Shown: piece by piece, positions 9,113 to 18,458 of the stretch
Numbering within the stretch: the first letter of the stretch is position 1
Layout: each line of letters opens with the position of its first letter
Sequence record: KY794643.1
Reading direction: 5' to 3' (one strand)
DNA length: 64,000 nt
From: Staphylococcus phage vB_Sau_S24
Program-made: the position numbers and the translations under genes
The notes under the pieces: generated by a model
What the model was told of the DNA's origin: nothing
Database searches by the model: none
The model's input: only the letters and a program-made list of their open reading frames with translations

Positions 9113-10504
9113 ATGACTATCGAAAAGAACCTGTCAGACGTTCAACAAAAGTACGCTGACCAATTCCAAGAAGACGTAGTAAAGTCATTCCAAACTGGTT
9201 ATGGAATCACTCCTGACACACAAATTGACGCAGGAGCTTTACGTAGAGAAATTTTAGATGACCAAATCACAATGTTAACATGGACTAATGAAGATTTAAT
9301 CTTCTACCGTGATATTTCACGCCGTCCTGCTCAATCTACAGTAGTAAAATACGACCAATATTTACGTCATGGTAACGTAGGTCACTCTCGTTTCGTTAAA
9401 GAAATCGGAGTAGCACCTGTATCTGACCCAAATATCCGTCAAAAAACCGTATCAATGAAATACGTTTCTGATACTAAAAACATGTCAATTGCATCAGGTT
9501 TAGTAAATAACATTGCTGACCCATCACAAATCCTTACAGAAGATGCTATCGCAGTTGTTGCAAAAACAATTGAGTGGGCTTCATTCTACGGTGACGCTTC
9601 ATTAACTTCTGAAGTTGAAGGTGAAGGTTTAGAGTTCGATGGATTAGCTAAATTAATTGACAAAAATAACGTAATTGACGCTAAAGGTGAACAATTAACT
9701 GAGCAACAATTAAATGAGGCTTCAGTACGTATCGGTAAAGGCTTCGGTACAGCTACAGATGCTTACATGCCTATCGGTGTACATGCAGATTTTGTTAACT
9801 CTGTTCTAAGTCGTCAAATGCAATTAATGCAAGATAACAGCGGTAACGTTAATACTGGTTACAGTGTAAATGGTTTCTACTCATCTCGTGGATTCATTAA
9901 ATTACATGGTTCTACAGTAATGGAAAATGAATTAATCTTAGATGAATCATTACAACCATTACCAAACGCTCCACAACCTGCAAAAGTTTCAGCTACAGTT
10001 GAGACTAAACAAAAAGGTGCTTTTGAAAATGAAGAAGACCGTGCAGGATTATCATATAAAGTAGTAGTTAACTCAGATGATGCTCAATCAGCTCCTTCTG
10101 AAGAAGTAACAGCTACAGTATCTAACGTTGACGATGGTGTTAAATTAACAATTAATGTTAACGCTATGTACCAACAACAACCACAATTCGTATCTATTTA
10201 CCGTCAAGGTAAGAAAACAGGTATGTACTTCTTAATCAAGCGTGTACCAGTTAAAGATGCTCAAGAAGACGGTTCAATTGTATTCGTAGATAAAAACGAA
10301 ACATTACCTGAAACAGCAGACGTATTTGTTGGTGAAATGTCACCACAAGTAATTCACTTATTCGAATTACTTCCAATGATGAAATTACCATTAGCTCAAA
10401 TTAATGCTTCTATTACATTTGCAGTATTATGGTATGGTGCATTAGCATTACGTGCTCCTAAAAAATGGGCTCGTATTAAAAACGTTCGTTATATCGCAGT
10501 TTAA
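9113..10504 (+). CDS. major capsid protein
   Basis: 463-aa ORF. N-terminal delta-like region with GYGITPDTQIDAGALRREI, a typical HK97-fold-sized body, and a strong terminator downstream. Confidence 0.75.
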   Translation: MTIEKNLSDVQQKYADQFQEDVVKSFQTGYGITPDTQIDAGALRREILDDQITMLTWTNEDLIFYRDISRRPAQSTVVKYDQYLRHGNVGHSRFVKEIGVAPVSDPNIRQKTVSMKYVSDTKNMSIASGLVNNIADPSQILTEDAIAVVAKTIEWASFYGDASLTSEVEGEGLEFDGLAKLIDKNNVIDAKGEQLTEQQLNEASVRIGKGFGTATDAYMPIGVHADFVNSVLSRQMQLMQDNSGNVNTGYSVNGFYSSRGFIKLHGSTVMENELILDESLQPLPNAPQPAKVSATVETKQKGAFENEEDRAGLSYKVVVNSDDAQSAPSEEVTATVSNVDDGVKLTINVNAMYQQQPQFVSIYRQGKKTGMYFLIKRVPVKDAQEDGSIVFVDKNETLPETADVFVGEMSPQVIHLFELLPMMKLPLAQINASITFAVLWYGALALRAPKKWARIKNVRYIAV

Positions 10505-10535
10505 TAGAATAAGAAAAACTGAATACAAAAGAATA

Positions 10536-10566
10536 GGGATAAACTTAGGGTTTATCCCTTTTTTAT
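10536..10566 (+). terminator. intrinsic terminator after the capsid gene
   Basis: GGGATAAAC / GTTTATCCC stem with a 5-nt loop, followed by TTTTTATT. Confidence 0.6.
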
Positions 10567-10576
10567 TAAAATAAAC

Positions 10577-10605
10577 TTGAAGGGACTCAATAAATATGTT
10601 ATACT
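10577..10605 (+). promoter_or_regulatory. candidate sigma-A promoter
   Basis: TTGAAG, 17-nt spacer, then TGtTATACT. It overlaps the first ATG of the next ORF, so that gene's true start may be the ATG at 10629. Confidence 0.4.
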
Positions 10606-10865
10606 ATAAGAAATTAATAGATAAAAAGATGGCTACCATTTATGGTACAGTAGATATTGACAAAGATGGAGTAGTTAAAGGATTAACTAAGGAACAAGAA
10701 AAAGAGTTTGCAAATGTTCCAGGTTTTGAATTTGAAGAAGAAAAGAAAACTACTAGAAAACAATCAGCTTCTACTAGTAAAGAAGAACCTAAAGAAGAAG
10801 AAAAGAAAACTACTAGAAAATCTACAACACGTAAAACAACAGCCAAAAAAGATGAAACTAAATAA
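10596..10865 (+). CDS. small basic repeat protein
   Basis: 89-aa ORF (77 aa from the 10629 start). A 27-nt direct repeat at 10734-10760 and 10794-10820 encodes EEEKKTTRK twice. The C-terminus is rich in K/T/R. Confidence 0.4.
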   Translation: MLYYKKLIDKKMATIYGTVDIDKDGVVKGLTKEQEKEFANVPGFEFEEEKKTTRKQSASTSKEEPKEEEKKTTRKSTTRKTTAKKDETK

Positions 10866-10878
10866 AAGGGTGAATTAA

Positions 10879-11787
10879 ATGGTTAACTCAATGTTCGGAG
10901 GGGACTTAGACCCTTATGAAAAATCATTAAACTATGAATATCCTTATCATCCTAGTGGTAATCCTAAACACATAGATGTAAGTGAGATAGATAACTTAAC
11001 ATTAGCTGACTATGGATGGTCACCTGATGCAGTTAAAGCTTATATGTTCGGTGTTGTAGTACAAAACCCTGATACAGGACAGACTATGGGTGATGAGTTT
11101 TATAATCATATATTAGAAAGAGCAGTAGGTAAAGCTGAGAGAGCATTAGATATATCTATACTACCTGACACTCAACATGAGATGAGAGATTATCATGAGA
11201 CAGAATTTAATAGTTATATGTTTGTACATGCGTACAGAAAACCTATTTTACAAGTAGAAAACCTACAACTACAGTTTAATGGAAGACCTATATATAAATA
11301 CCCTGCTAACTGGTGGAAAGTAGAGCACCTAGCAGGACATGTACAGTTATTCCCAACAGCACTAATGCAAACAGGACAATCAATGTCATATGATGCTGTA
11401 TTTAATGGATACCCACAATTAGCAGGTGTATACCCACCATCAGGAGCAACATTTGCACCTCAGATGATACAGTTAGAATATGTATCCGGAATGTTGCCAC
11501 GTAAAAAAGCAGGAAGAAATAAGCCATGGGAAATGCCCCCTGAATTAGAACAGTTAGTTATAAAATACGCACTGAAAGAGATATACCAAGTATGGGGTAA
11601 CCTAATTATTGGTGCCGGTATTGCTAACAAAACATTAGAAGTTGATGGTATTACAGAAACTATAGGTACTACTCAATCAGCTATGTATGGTGGAGCTAGT
11701 GCTCAGATACTTCAAATTGATTCTGATATAAAAGAACTATTGGATGGTTTAAGAGCTTACTACGGATATAATATGATAGGATTATAA
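10879..11787 (+). CDS. hypothetical virion protein (head-tail joining region)
   Basis: 302-aa ORF with the RBS aaagggtga, located in the structural operon between capsid and sheath. Confidence 0.5.
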   Translation: MVNSMFGGDLDPYEKSLNYEYPYHPSGNPKHIDVSEIDNLTLADYGWSPDAVKAYMFGVVVQNPDTGQTMGDEFYNHILERAVGKAERALDISILPDTQHEMRDYHETEFNSYMFVHAYRKPILQVENLQLQFNGRPIYKYPANWWKVEHLAGHVQLFPTALMQTGQSMSYDAVFNGYPQLAGVYPPSGATFAPQMIQLEYVSGMLPRKKAGRNKPWEMPPELEQLVIKYALKEIYQVWGNLIIGAGIANKTLEVDGITETIGTTQSAMYGGASAQILQIDSDIKELLDGLRAYYGYNMIGL

Positions 11788-11800
11788 GGAGGGTTAGAAA

Positions 11801-12679
11801 ATGGAAAAACCATATATGATAGGAGCCAACTCTAACCCTAATATTATTAATGAGTCAACAACGTACACTACTACAACACAGGTAGATGAACAAGATAAAC
11901 CTAAGTATACTACTAGATTAGAGTTTGATACTATTGATATGATTAGGTTTATTAATGACCGAGGTATAAAAGTATTATGGGAAGAAGCATATTTCTGTCC
12001 TTGTCTTAATCCTGATTCAGGTCACCCTAGGGTAGATTGTCCTAGATGTCATGGTAAAGGTATTGCCTATTTACCTCCTAAAGAGACTATAATGGCAATA
12101 CAATCCCAAGAGAAGGGTACTAATCAATTAGATATAGGAATACTTGATACAGGTACAGCAATTGGCACAACTCAATTAGAGAAAAGAATATCTTATAGAG
12201 ATAGGTTTACTGTTCCTGAAGTATTAATGCCTCAACAAATACCTTATTATGTAAATAGAGATAGAATAAAAAAAGGTATTCCATTATATTATGATGTAAA
12301 AGAAGTAACTTATATCACTTCTAATATGGGTAATGTTTATGAAGAAGATTATGAAATTAGAGACAACAGATTATTTTTAGATAAGAAGTTTGAAGGCTCA
12401 AATGTATCATTAAAGATATTAATGACTTTACGTTATGTTGTTTCCGACATACTAAAAGAAAGTCGTTACCAATATACTAAATTTAATCAGCCTAAAACTA
12501 AGTTTGAGAATTTACCTCAAAAATTACTTCTTAAACGAGAAGATGTTATCGTATTACCTGCCCCTTATAAAGTAAGTGATGGTATAGAAGAAGACCTAGA
12601 AATTCAAGTAGAAGACCCTAAAGCTTCTGCATCTAACCCAAGTAATTTAGGTGGATTCTTCGGAGGTGCATTTAAATAA
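11801..12679 (+). CDS. hypothetical structural protein with a Cys4 zinc-ribbon motif
   Basis: 292-aa ORF with the strong RBS AGGAGGG. It contains CPCLNPDSGHPRVDCPRCHGKG (CxC...CxxC). Confidence 0.5.
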   Translation: MEKPYMIGANSNPNIINESTTYTTTTQVDEQDKPKYTTRLEFDTIDMIRFINDRGIKVLWEEAYFCPCLNPDSGHPRVDCPRCHGKGIAYLPPKETIMAIQSQEKGTNQLDIGILDTGTAIGTTQLEKRISYRDRFTVPEVLMPQQIPYYVNRDRIKKGIPLYYDVKEVTYITSNMGNVYEEDYEIRDNRLFLDKKFEGSNVSLKILMTLRYVVSDILKESRYQYTKFNQPKTKFENLPQKLLLKREDVIVLPAPYKVSDGIEEDLEIQVEDPKASASNPSNLGGFFGGAFK

Positions 12680-13299
12680 TGCCAGTTCATGGAAAAAGAC
12701 CTAACTTATTTAAAAATAAAAACTATAAGCAGGTAAGTAGAAAAACAATTGATGGTATGCGTTCAGAGGTACTAGATAAACTACAAGCAACAGCCCAACA
12801 GGTAGAAAACACTAGTATTAAACGTATGCCTACTTACCTTCAAGTCACAGAGAAGAAACTTGAAAATGATGGAGTAGTAGACCTTAAAAAAGCATTTGCT
12901 CATTCATCTAAAAAGAAAACTAGTAAAGATGGTGGTTGGTACCTAACTGTACCAATACGTATTAAAACTAGTAGAATGAATAATAGTACTTATCAAGATA
13001 TGAGAAAACTAAAGGTAGATACAAATACAGGTTCAGTTTCTAAGATAACAGATTATCTAGAAGGAAGAAGAAAAAATGTAAGTCATCCTTCTATGAAACC
13101 GGAGCCTATGACACATAACATGACTAAAGTTAAAAGAGGGAGACAATCTTCTTACTTTATATTTAGAACTGTTTCTAGTAAATCACCTGCTAGTTCATGG
13201 ATACTTAATAGAGATAAAGTTAATGAGAATAATTTCTCTAAAACAACTTTAAAAACTGTTAAGCAACTAATGAACTGGAAGATGAAAAATTTAAATTAA
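12679..13299 (+). CDS. hypothetical basic protein
   Basis: 206-aa ORF whose ATG overlaps the upstream TAA. Lys/Arg-rich. Confidence 0.5.
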   Translation: MPVHGKRPNLFKNKNYKQVSRKTIDGMRSEVLDKLQATAQQVENTSIKRMPTYLQVTEKKLENDGVVDLKKAFAHSSKKKTSKDGGWYLTVPIRIKTSRMNNSTYQDMRKLKVDTNTGSVSKITDYLEGRRKNVSHPSMKPEPMTHNMTKVKRGRQSSYFIFRTVSSKSPASSWILNRDKVNENNFSKTTLKTVKQLMNWKMKNLN

Positions 13300-13317
13300 A
13301 AGGAGGGTTAGTATTAA

Positions 13318-14154
13318 ATGGCAATAACATCAGTTGATTCATATTTATTATCAGAAATAAAGCCTAGACTTAACACTGTGCTAGAGAATTGTTATATTAT
13401 AGATGAAGTTTTAAAAGACTTTGATTATCAAACTAGAGAGAGTTTTAAAGAAGCTTTCTGTGGTAAAAATGCACAACATGAAGTAACGGTAGGATTTAAC
13501 TTCCCAAAATTTAAAAATAACTATGAAGCTCATTACTTGATACAGTTAGGTCAAGGACAAGAGACAAAAAACTCTTTAGGGAGTATTCAGTCATCTTACT
13601 TTGAGGCAACAGGAGATACCTTAGTCGAATCTTCTACAGCAATAAGAGAAGATGATAAGTTAGTTTTTATTGTTTCTAAACCTATAGGAGAGTTAATAAA
13701 AGTAGAAGATATTGAATTTGCAAAATTTGATAATCTTAAAGTAGAAGGTAATAAAGTATCCTTTAGATACCAAACTAATGAAGATTATGAGAATTATAAT
13801 GCTAACATTATCTTTACTGAAAAGAAAAATGATTCAAAAGGTTTAGTAAAAGGATTCACAGTTGAAGAACAAGTAACAGTTGTAGGTCTATCATTTAATG
13901 TAGATGTTGCACGATGTTTAGATGCTGTATTAAAAATGATTTTAATATCTATGAGAGATAGTATAGAAGAGCAACAAACATTCCAATTACAGAATTTGTC
14001 CTTTGGTGATATTGCACCAATAATAGAAGACGGTGACTCAATGATTTTTGGTAGACCAACAATTATTAAGTACACAAGTTCTCTAGACTTGGATTATACT
14101 ATTACACAAGATATTAATAAACTAACTTTTAAAGAAAGAAAGGATTGGAAGTAG
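13318..14154 (+). CDS. hypothetical structural protein
   Basis: 278-aa ORF with the RBS AGGAGGGTTAG. Confidence 0.5.
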   Translation: MAITSVDSYLLSEIKPRLNTVLENCYIIDEVLKDFDYQTRESFKEAFCGKNAQHEVTVGFNFPKFKNNYEAHYLIQLGQGQETKNSLGSIQSSYFEATGDTLVESSTAIREDDKLVFIVSKPIGELIKVEDIEFAKFDNLKVEGNKVSFRYQTNEDYENYNANIIFTEKKNDSKGLVKGFTVEEQVTVVGLSFNVDVARCLDAVLKMILISMRDSIEEQQTFQLQNLSFGDIAPIIEDGDSMIFGRPTIIKYTSSLDLDYTITQDINKLTFKERKDWK

Positions 14155-14155
14155 G

Positions 14156-14371
14156 ATGGCTAGAAAAAAGACACCTGAAAATAACACTCCTAAATTTAAT
14201 GGTTATGTTCATATAGATACATTCCTTGATACTGCAAGAACCCTTTTTAATATGAGGGATTCACAAGTAGCAGGATTTAAAGCTTATATGGAAGGTAGTC
14301 ATTATTTGTTTAGTGAGCAAGAATTCTTACCCTCATTAGAGAAATACTTAGGTAGGAAATTAGATATATAA
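14156..14371 (+). CDS. hypothetical small protein
   Basis: 71-aa ORF packed between structural genes. Confidence 0.4.
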   Translation: MARKKTPENNTPKFNGYVHIDTFLDTARTLFNMRDSQVAGFKAYMEGSHYLFSEQEFLPSLEKYLGRKLDI

Positions 14372-14397
14372 TAACATTCAGATAAGGAGAATTAAAT

Positions 14398-16161
14398 ATG
14401 GCAGTAGAACCATTCCCAAGAAGACCTATTACCCGCCCTCATACCACTATTGAAGTAGATAGTTCAGGTATCGGTGGCTCAGCAGGTTCAAGTGAAAAAG
14501 TACTTTGCTTAATCGGTTCAGCAGAAGGCGGAGAACCAAATAAAGTTTATGAATTACGTAACTATGCACAAGCTAAACGTTTATTCCGTTCAGGAGAATT
14601 ACTTGATGCAATTGAATTAGCATGGGGTTCCAACCCTAACTATACAGCAGGTAAGATTTTAGCTATGCGTACGGAAGATGCTAAACCTGCTTCAGTAGAA
14701 GCTGGCGGATTAAAAATAACATCTCAAATCTACGGTAATGTTGCTAATAACATTCAAGTAGGATTGGAAAAAAATACATTAAGTGATTCATTACGTTTAA
14801 GAGTAATTTTCCAAGATGACCGTTTCAATGAAGTTTACGATAATATTGGTAACATCTTCACAATCAAGTACAAAGGTGAAGAAGCTAACGCAACTTTCTC
14901 TGTAGAACATGATGAAGAAACTCAAAAAGCAAGTCGTTTAGTATTAAAAGTAGGAGACCAAGAAGTTAAATCATATGACTTAACTGGCGGTGCTTATGAT
15001 TATACTAACACTATTATCACAGACATTAATCAATTACCTGATTTTGAAGCTAAGTTATCACCTTTCGGAGATAAAAACTTAGAATCTAATAAATTAGATA
15101 AAGCATCAGATGTAAACATTAAAGATAAAGCTGTATATGTTAAAGCAGTCTTCGGTGACTTAGAAAAACAAACAGCTTATAATGGTATTGTATCTTTTGA
15201 GCAACTTAATGCAGAAGGAGAAGTACCAAGCAATGTAGAAGTTGAAGCAGGGGAAGAATCAGCTACAGTAACTGCTACTTCACCTATTAGAACTATTGAG
15301 CCGTTCGAATTAACTAAGTTAAAAGGCGGTACTAACGGTGAACCACCTGCTACATGGGCAGATAAATTAGAGAAATTTGCACATAGAGGTGGATACTACA
15401 TTGTCCCATTATCATCTAAACAATCAGTTCATGCAGAGGTGTCTGCTTTCGTTAGAGAACGTTCTGATGCAGGAGAACCATTGAGAGCTATTGTTGGTGG
15501 GGGATTTAATGAATCTAAAGAACAATTGTTCGGTAGACAAGCATCATTATCTAATCCACGTGTATCATTAGTAGCTAACTCAGGTACTTTTGTTATGGAT
15601 GATGGACGTAAAAACCATGTACCTGCTTATATGGTAGCTGTAGCGTTAGGTGGTCTTGCAAGTGGTTTAGAAATTGGTGAATCAATCACTTTCAAACCAT
15701 TACGTGTAAGTTCATTAGACCAAGTATACGAGTCAATTGATTTAGATGAATTAAATGAAAATGGTATTATTAGTATCGAGTTTGTTCGTAACCGTACTAA
15801 TACATTCTTCAGAATCGTTGATGATGTAACTACATTCAACGATAAGTCAGACCCAGTTAAGGCTGAGATGGCTGTTGGGGAAGCTAATGACTTCTTAGTA
15901 AGTGAGCTTAAAGGTCAACTTGAAGACCAATTCATTGGTACTCGTACTATCAATACAAGTGCTTCAATCATTAAAGACTTTATCCAATCTTACTTAGGTC
16001 GTAAGAAACGTGATAATGAAATTCAAGACTTCCCTGCTGAAGACGTACAAGTTATCGTTGAAGATAATGAAGCAAGAATTTCAATGACAGTTTACCCAAT
16101 CAGAAGCTTCAAGAAAATTTCTGTTAGCTTGGTTTACAAGCAACAAACATTAGAAGCCTAA
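14398..16161 (+). CDS. tail sheath protein
   Basis: 587-aa ORF with the RBS aaggagaa, followed directly by a small tube gene. Size and position are typical of a contractile tail sheath. Confidence 0.75.
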   Translation: MAVEPFPRRPITRPHTTIEVDSSGIGGSAGSSEKVLCLIGSAEGGEPNKVYELRNYAQAKRLFRSGELLDAIELAWGSNPNYTAGKILAMRTEDAKPASVEAGGLKITSQIYGNVANNIQVGLEKNTLSDSLRLRVIFQDDRFNEVYDNIGNIFTIKYKGEEANATFSVEHDEETQKASRLVLKVGDQEVKSYDLTGGAYDYTNTIITDINQLPDFEAKLSPFGDKNLESNKLDKASDVNIKDKAVYVKAVFGDLEKQTAYNGIVSFEQLNAEGEVPSNVEVEAGEESATVTATSPIRTIEPFELTKLKGGTNGEPPATWADKLEKFAHRGGYYIVPLSSKQSVHAEVSAFVRERSDAGEPLRAIVGGGFNESKEQLFGRQASLSNPRVSLVANSGTFVMDDGRKNHVPAYMVAVALGGLASGLEIGESITFKPLRVSSLDQVYESIDLDELNENGIISIEFVRNRTNTFFRIVDDVTTFNDKSDPVKAEMAVGEANDFLVSELKGQLEDQFIGTRTINTSASIIKDFIQSYLGRKKRDNEIQDFPAEDVQVIVEDNEARISMTVYPIRSFKKISVSLVYKQQTLEA

Positions 16162-16233
16162 TCTAGGTTATGGAGTACCTAGATTGGGTACTCCTATTAA
16201 TATAATTTGAATACTTTAGGAGAGTGAATACAG

Positions 16234-16662
16234 ATGGCATCAGAAGCTAAACAAACCGTCCATACTGGTAATACCGTCTTACTTATGATTAAAGGTAAAC
16301 CGGTAGGAAGAGCACAATCAGCATCAGGTACTCGTGAATACGGTACAACTGGTGTATACGAAATCGGTTCTATCATGCCTCAAGAACACGTATACTTACG
16401 TTATGAAGGTACAATTACAGTAGAACGTTTACGTATGAAAAAAGAAAACTTTGCAGATTTAGGATATGCTTCACTAGGTGAGGAAATTCTTAAGAAAGAT
16501 ATCATTGATATTTTAGTAGTAGATAACTTAACTAAACAAGTTATCATTAGTTACCACGGATGCAGTGCTAACAATTATAATGAGACTTGGACGACAAATG
16601 AAATTGTTACCGAGGAAATAGAATTTTCCTATTTAACAGCTAGTGATAAAGCCCGTACTTAA
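16234..16662 (+). CDS. tail tube protein
   Basis: 142-aa ORF immediately after the sheath gene, with the RBS aggagag and a strong terminator after it. Confidence 0.65.
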   Translation: MASEAKQTVHTGNTVLLMIKGKPVGRAQSASGTREYGTTGVYEIGSIMPQEHVYLRYEGTITVERLRMKKENFADLGYASLGEEILKKDIIDILVVDNLTKQVIISYHGCSANNYNETWTTNEIVTEEIEFSYLTASDKART

Positions 16663-16680
16663 GGCTTTTTACACACATAC

Positions 16681-16712
16681 AAGACCAACTAAAAAAGTTG
16701 GTCTTTTTTTAT
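16681..16712 (+). terminator. intrinsic terminator after the tail tube gene
   Basis: AAGACCAACT / AGTTGGTCTT 10-bp stem with loop aaaaa, followed by TTTTTTTA. Confidence 0.65.
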
Positions 16713-16740
16713 TGACATTAACTAAATGATATGGTAAACT
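16712..16740 (+). promoter_or_regulatory. sigma-A-type promoter in front of the endonuclease gene
   Basis: TTGACA, 17-nt spacer, then TGgTAAACT. Confidence 0.5.
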
Positions 16741-16771
16741 TTATATATAGTAAAAATAAAGGAGAGATATT

Positions 16772-17743
16772 ATGAGTAAGAAAATTATCGGACTAAATAC
16801 AAAAACACTAGAAGAAAAAGAATTCGAATCAATAGAAGAGGCACAGGAATTAGTAGGGAACAAAGGCACAGTTAAAAGGTGTTTAGATAACAAAATAAAA
16901 TCTACTAAAGGATGGTTGTTTAAATACGAAGGTGAAGACTTTACTAGTAAGGCTAAGGAAATAACAGATAAGCGTATTAAAGTATATATCCTGAAAAAAG
17001 AGGGTAAAGAGATAGGGTTACCTATGGAAATGATTCAGAATATGTATGGTATTAGTAAATCTGAGTTAGTAACAGCTAGTAAAGGTATATCAGATAGAAA
17101 TCAGGACGTAACAACTCCCAGGTACACAACTAAAGGGTTTACTGTACGTGAAGCAACTGATAAAGAAAAAGAAGAGGTACTAAATAATACAAGTTATATA
17201 GATTATATAAAATCTAAAAATAATAAAGTTACTAACGATAAACCCTTATCTATAGGGGAAGGTTTTATTAAAAATATACTAGAGTTTAATGATATTAATT
17301 TTATTAGAGAAAAGTATATTGAAGATACTCAATTAAGAATGGACTTTTATGTAGAAAAAGAAGGACAAAAATTTTGCATAGAATATATGGGACAACAGCA
17401 TTATAGAGAGCGTAATGGTGTTACATCATTATCATACAGATTAAAAAATGATAGAATAAAAAAGAAATACTGTGCAGAAAATGGTATAATATTTATTGAA
17501 GTGTCTTACGACTATACTATACAGACAATTATTAAGTTACTCAACCTTTATCTAGGTAATATAGAATCACCAACAGTCTTTACTTTCTATAATAACATAA
17601 ATATGGATATTGATGATTTTGTTAAAAATTACCAGTATAAGGATAAATATCAGATGAGTGAGTACTACAATATTACGTTAAGTGATGTTTCTAACATAGC
17701 TACCTTAATAGGTAAGAACTTAAAAAGAGAATTTGTAAAGTAA
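16772..17743 (+). CDS. free-standing homing-endonuclease-like protein (DUF559/Vsr-like nuclease plus a NUMOD/IENR-like DNA-binding motif)
   Basis: 323-aa ORF. The N-terminus (FESIEEAQELVGNKGTVKRCLDNKIKSTKGWLFKY) matches the DNA-binding motif common in phage HNH/GIY homing endonucleases. The C-terminus (MDFYVEKEGQKFCIEYMGQQHY...NDRIKKKYCAENGIIFIEV) matches the DUF559/Vsr-like PD-(D/E)XK pattern. The gene has its own promoter and terminator. Confidence 0.55.
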   Translation: MSKKIIGLNTKTLEEKEFESIEEAQELVGNKGTVKRCLDNKIKSTKGWLFKYEGEDFTSKAKEITDKRIKVYILKKEGKEIGLPMEMIQNMYGISKSELVTASKGISDRNQDVTTPRYTTKGFTVREATDKEKEEVLNNTSYIDYIKSKNNKVTNDKPLSIGEGFIKNILEFNDINFIREKYIEDTQLRMDFYVEKEGQKFCIEYMGQQHYRERNGVTSLSYRLKNDRIKKKYCAENGIIFIEVSYDYTIQTIIKLLNLYLGNIESPTVFTFYNNINMDIDDFVKNYQYKDKYQMSEYYNITLSDVSNIATLIGKNLKREFVK

Positions 17744-17810
17744 ATTATAAATAACCCTTGACCAATAACAAGGGTTATGCTACTATATAAATACAAGGGA
17801 GATGTATTAA

Positions 17811-17951
17811 ATGGCAAACAATAGAAAAACAATAGGTAAAATGAGTAATACAAGGGCAACATGGAATATTAACCCTGTAACCAAAGTTAAGAAAGATAAA
17901 ACTAAATATTCTAGAAAAAATAAGCATAAAGGTATTGACAACTATAATTAA
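17811..17951 (+). CDS. small very basic protein (not in the ORF track)
   Basis: 46-aa ORF MANNRKTIGKMSNTRATWNINPVTKVKKDKTKYSRKNKHKGIDNYN with the RBS GGGAG 8 nt upstream. Confidence 0.3.
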   Translation: MANNRKTIGKMSNTRATWNINPVTKVKKDKTKYSRKNKHKGIDNYN

Positions 17952-17993
17952 ATACAGTATACTAAGAGTATAACAAATAAGGAGGAGAATTAT

Positions 17994-18446
17994 ATGACTA
18001 CATTTTGGTCAAAAAGAAGAACTACAGGTAAACATAGACAGGTTAAGAAGCATTACACTCAAATGACTTTACAGGAAAAGAAACAATGTGTTAAACTATT
18101 ACAAGATACAGTTAATGCACATAGATATTTAGAAATATCAAGTCATTGTAAACCTAAAATTAAAAATAAAATTAATTTTAGTAAGTTAGTAGGATTTATA
18201 TTCAAGAGTAATAACGCACCATTTAATATTATTGAATTTAATATCACAAACTTCCATGGGAAAAATCAAAGAAGAATAATTTTTAAAAGCCCTACTATTG
18301 TAACTATAGAAGGAGTAAGTAGTTATCAGTATTTAGTTATTAACTTAGAAGATGGTACAATAATAACTACATACTATAATGGTATTACAGACACACATAA
18401 AACATTAGATTTAGATTATTATGATAAAGGCTTGACAATTAAATAA
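17994..18446 (+). CDS. hypothetical protein
   Basis: 150-aa ORF with the strong RBS AAGGAGGAG and a basic N-terminus. Confidence 0.5.
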   Translation: MTTFWSKRRTTGKHRQVKKHYTQMTLQEKKQCVKLLQDTVNAHRYLEISSHCKPKIKNKINFSKLVGFIFKSNNAPFNIIEFNITNFHGKNQRRIIFKSPTIVTIEGVSSYQYLVINLEDGTIITTYYNGITDTHKTLDLDYYDKGLTIK

Positions 18447-18458
18447 GGAGGAATTATA

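Noticed and set aside
16772-17743. Group I intron interrupting a structural gene around the endonuclease ORF
   Set aside because: The tail tube ORF upstream is complete (142 aa with a stop followed by a terminator), and the downstream ORF has its own RBS. Nothing indicates split exons, so this is a free-standing HEG rather than an intron-encoded one.
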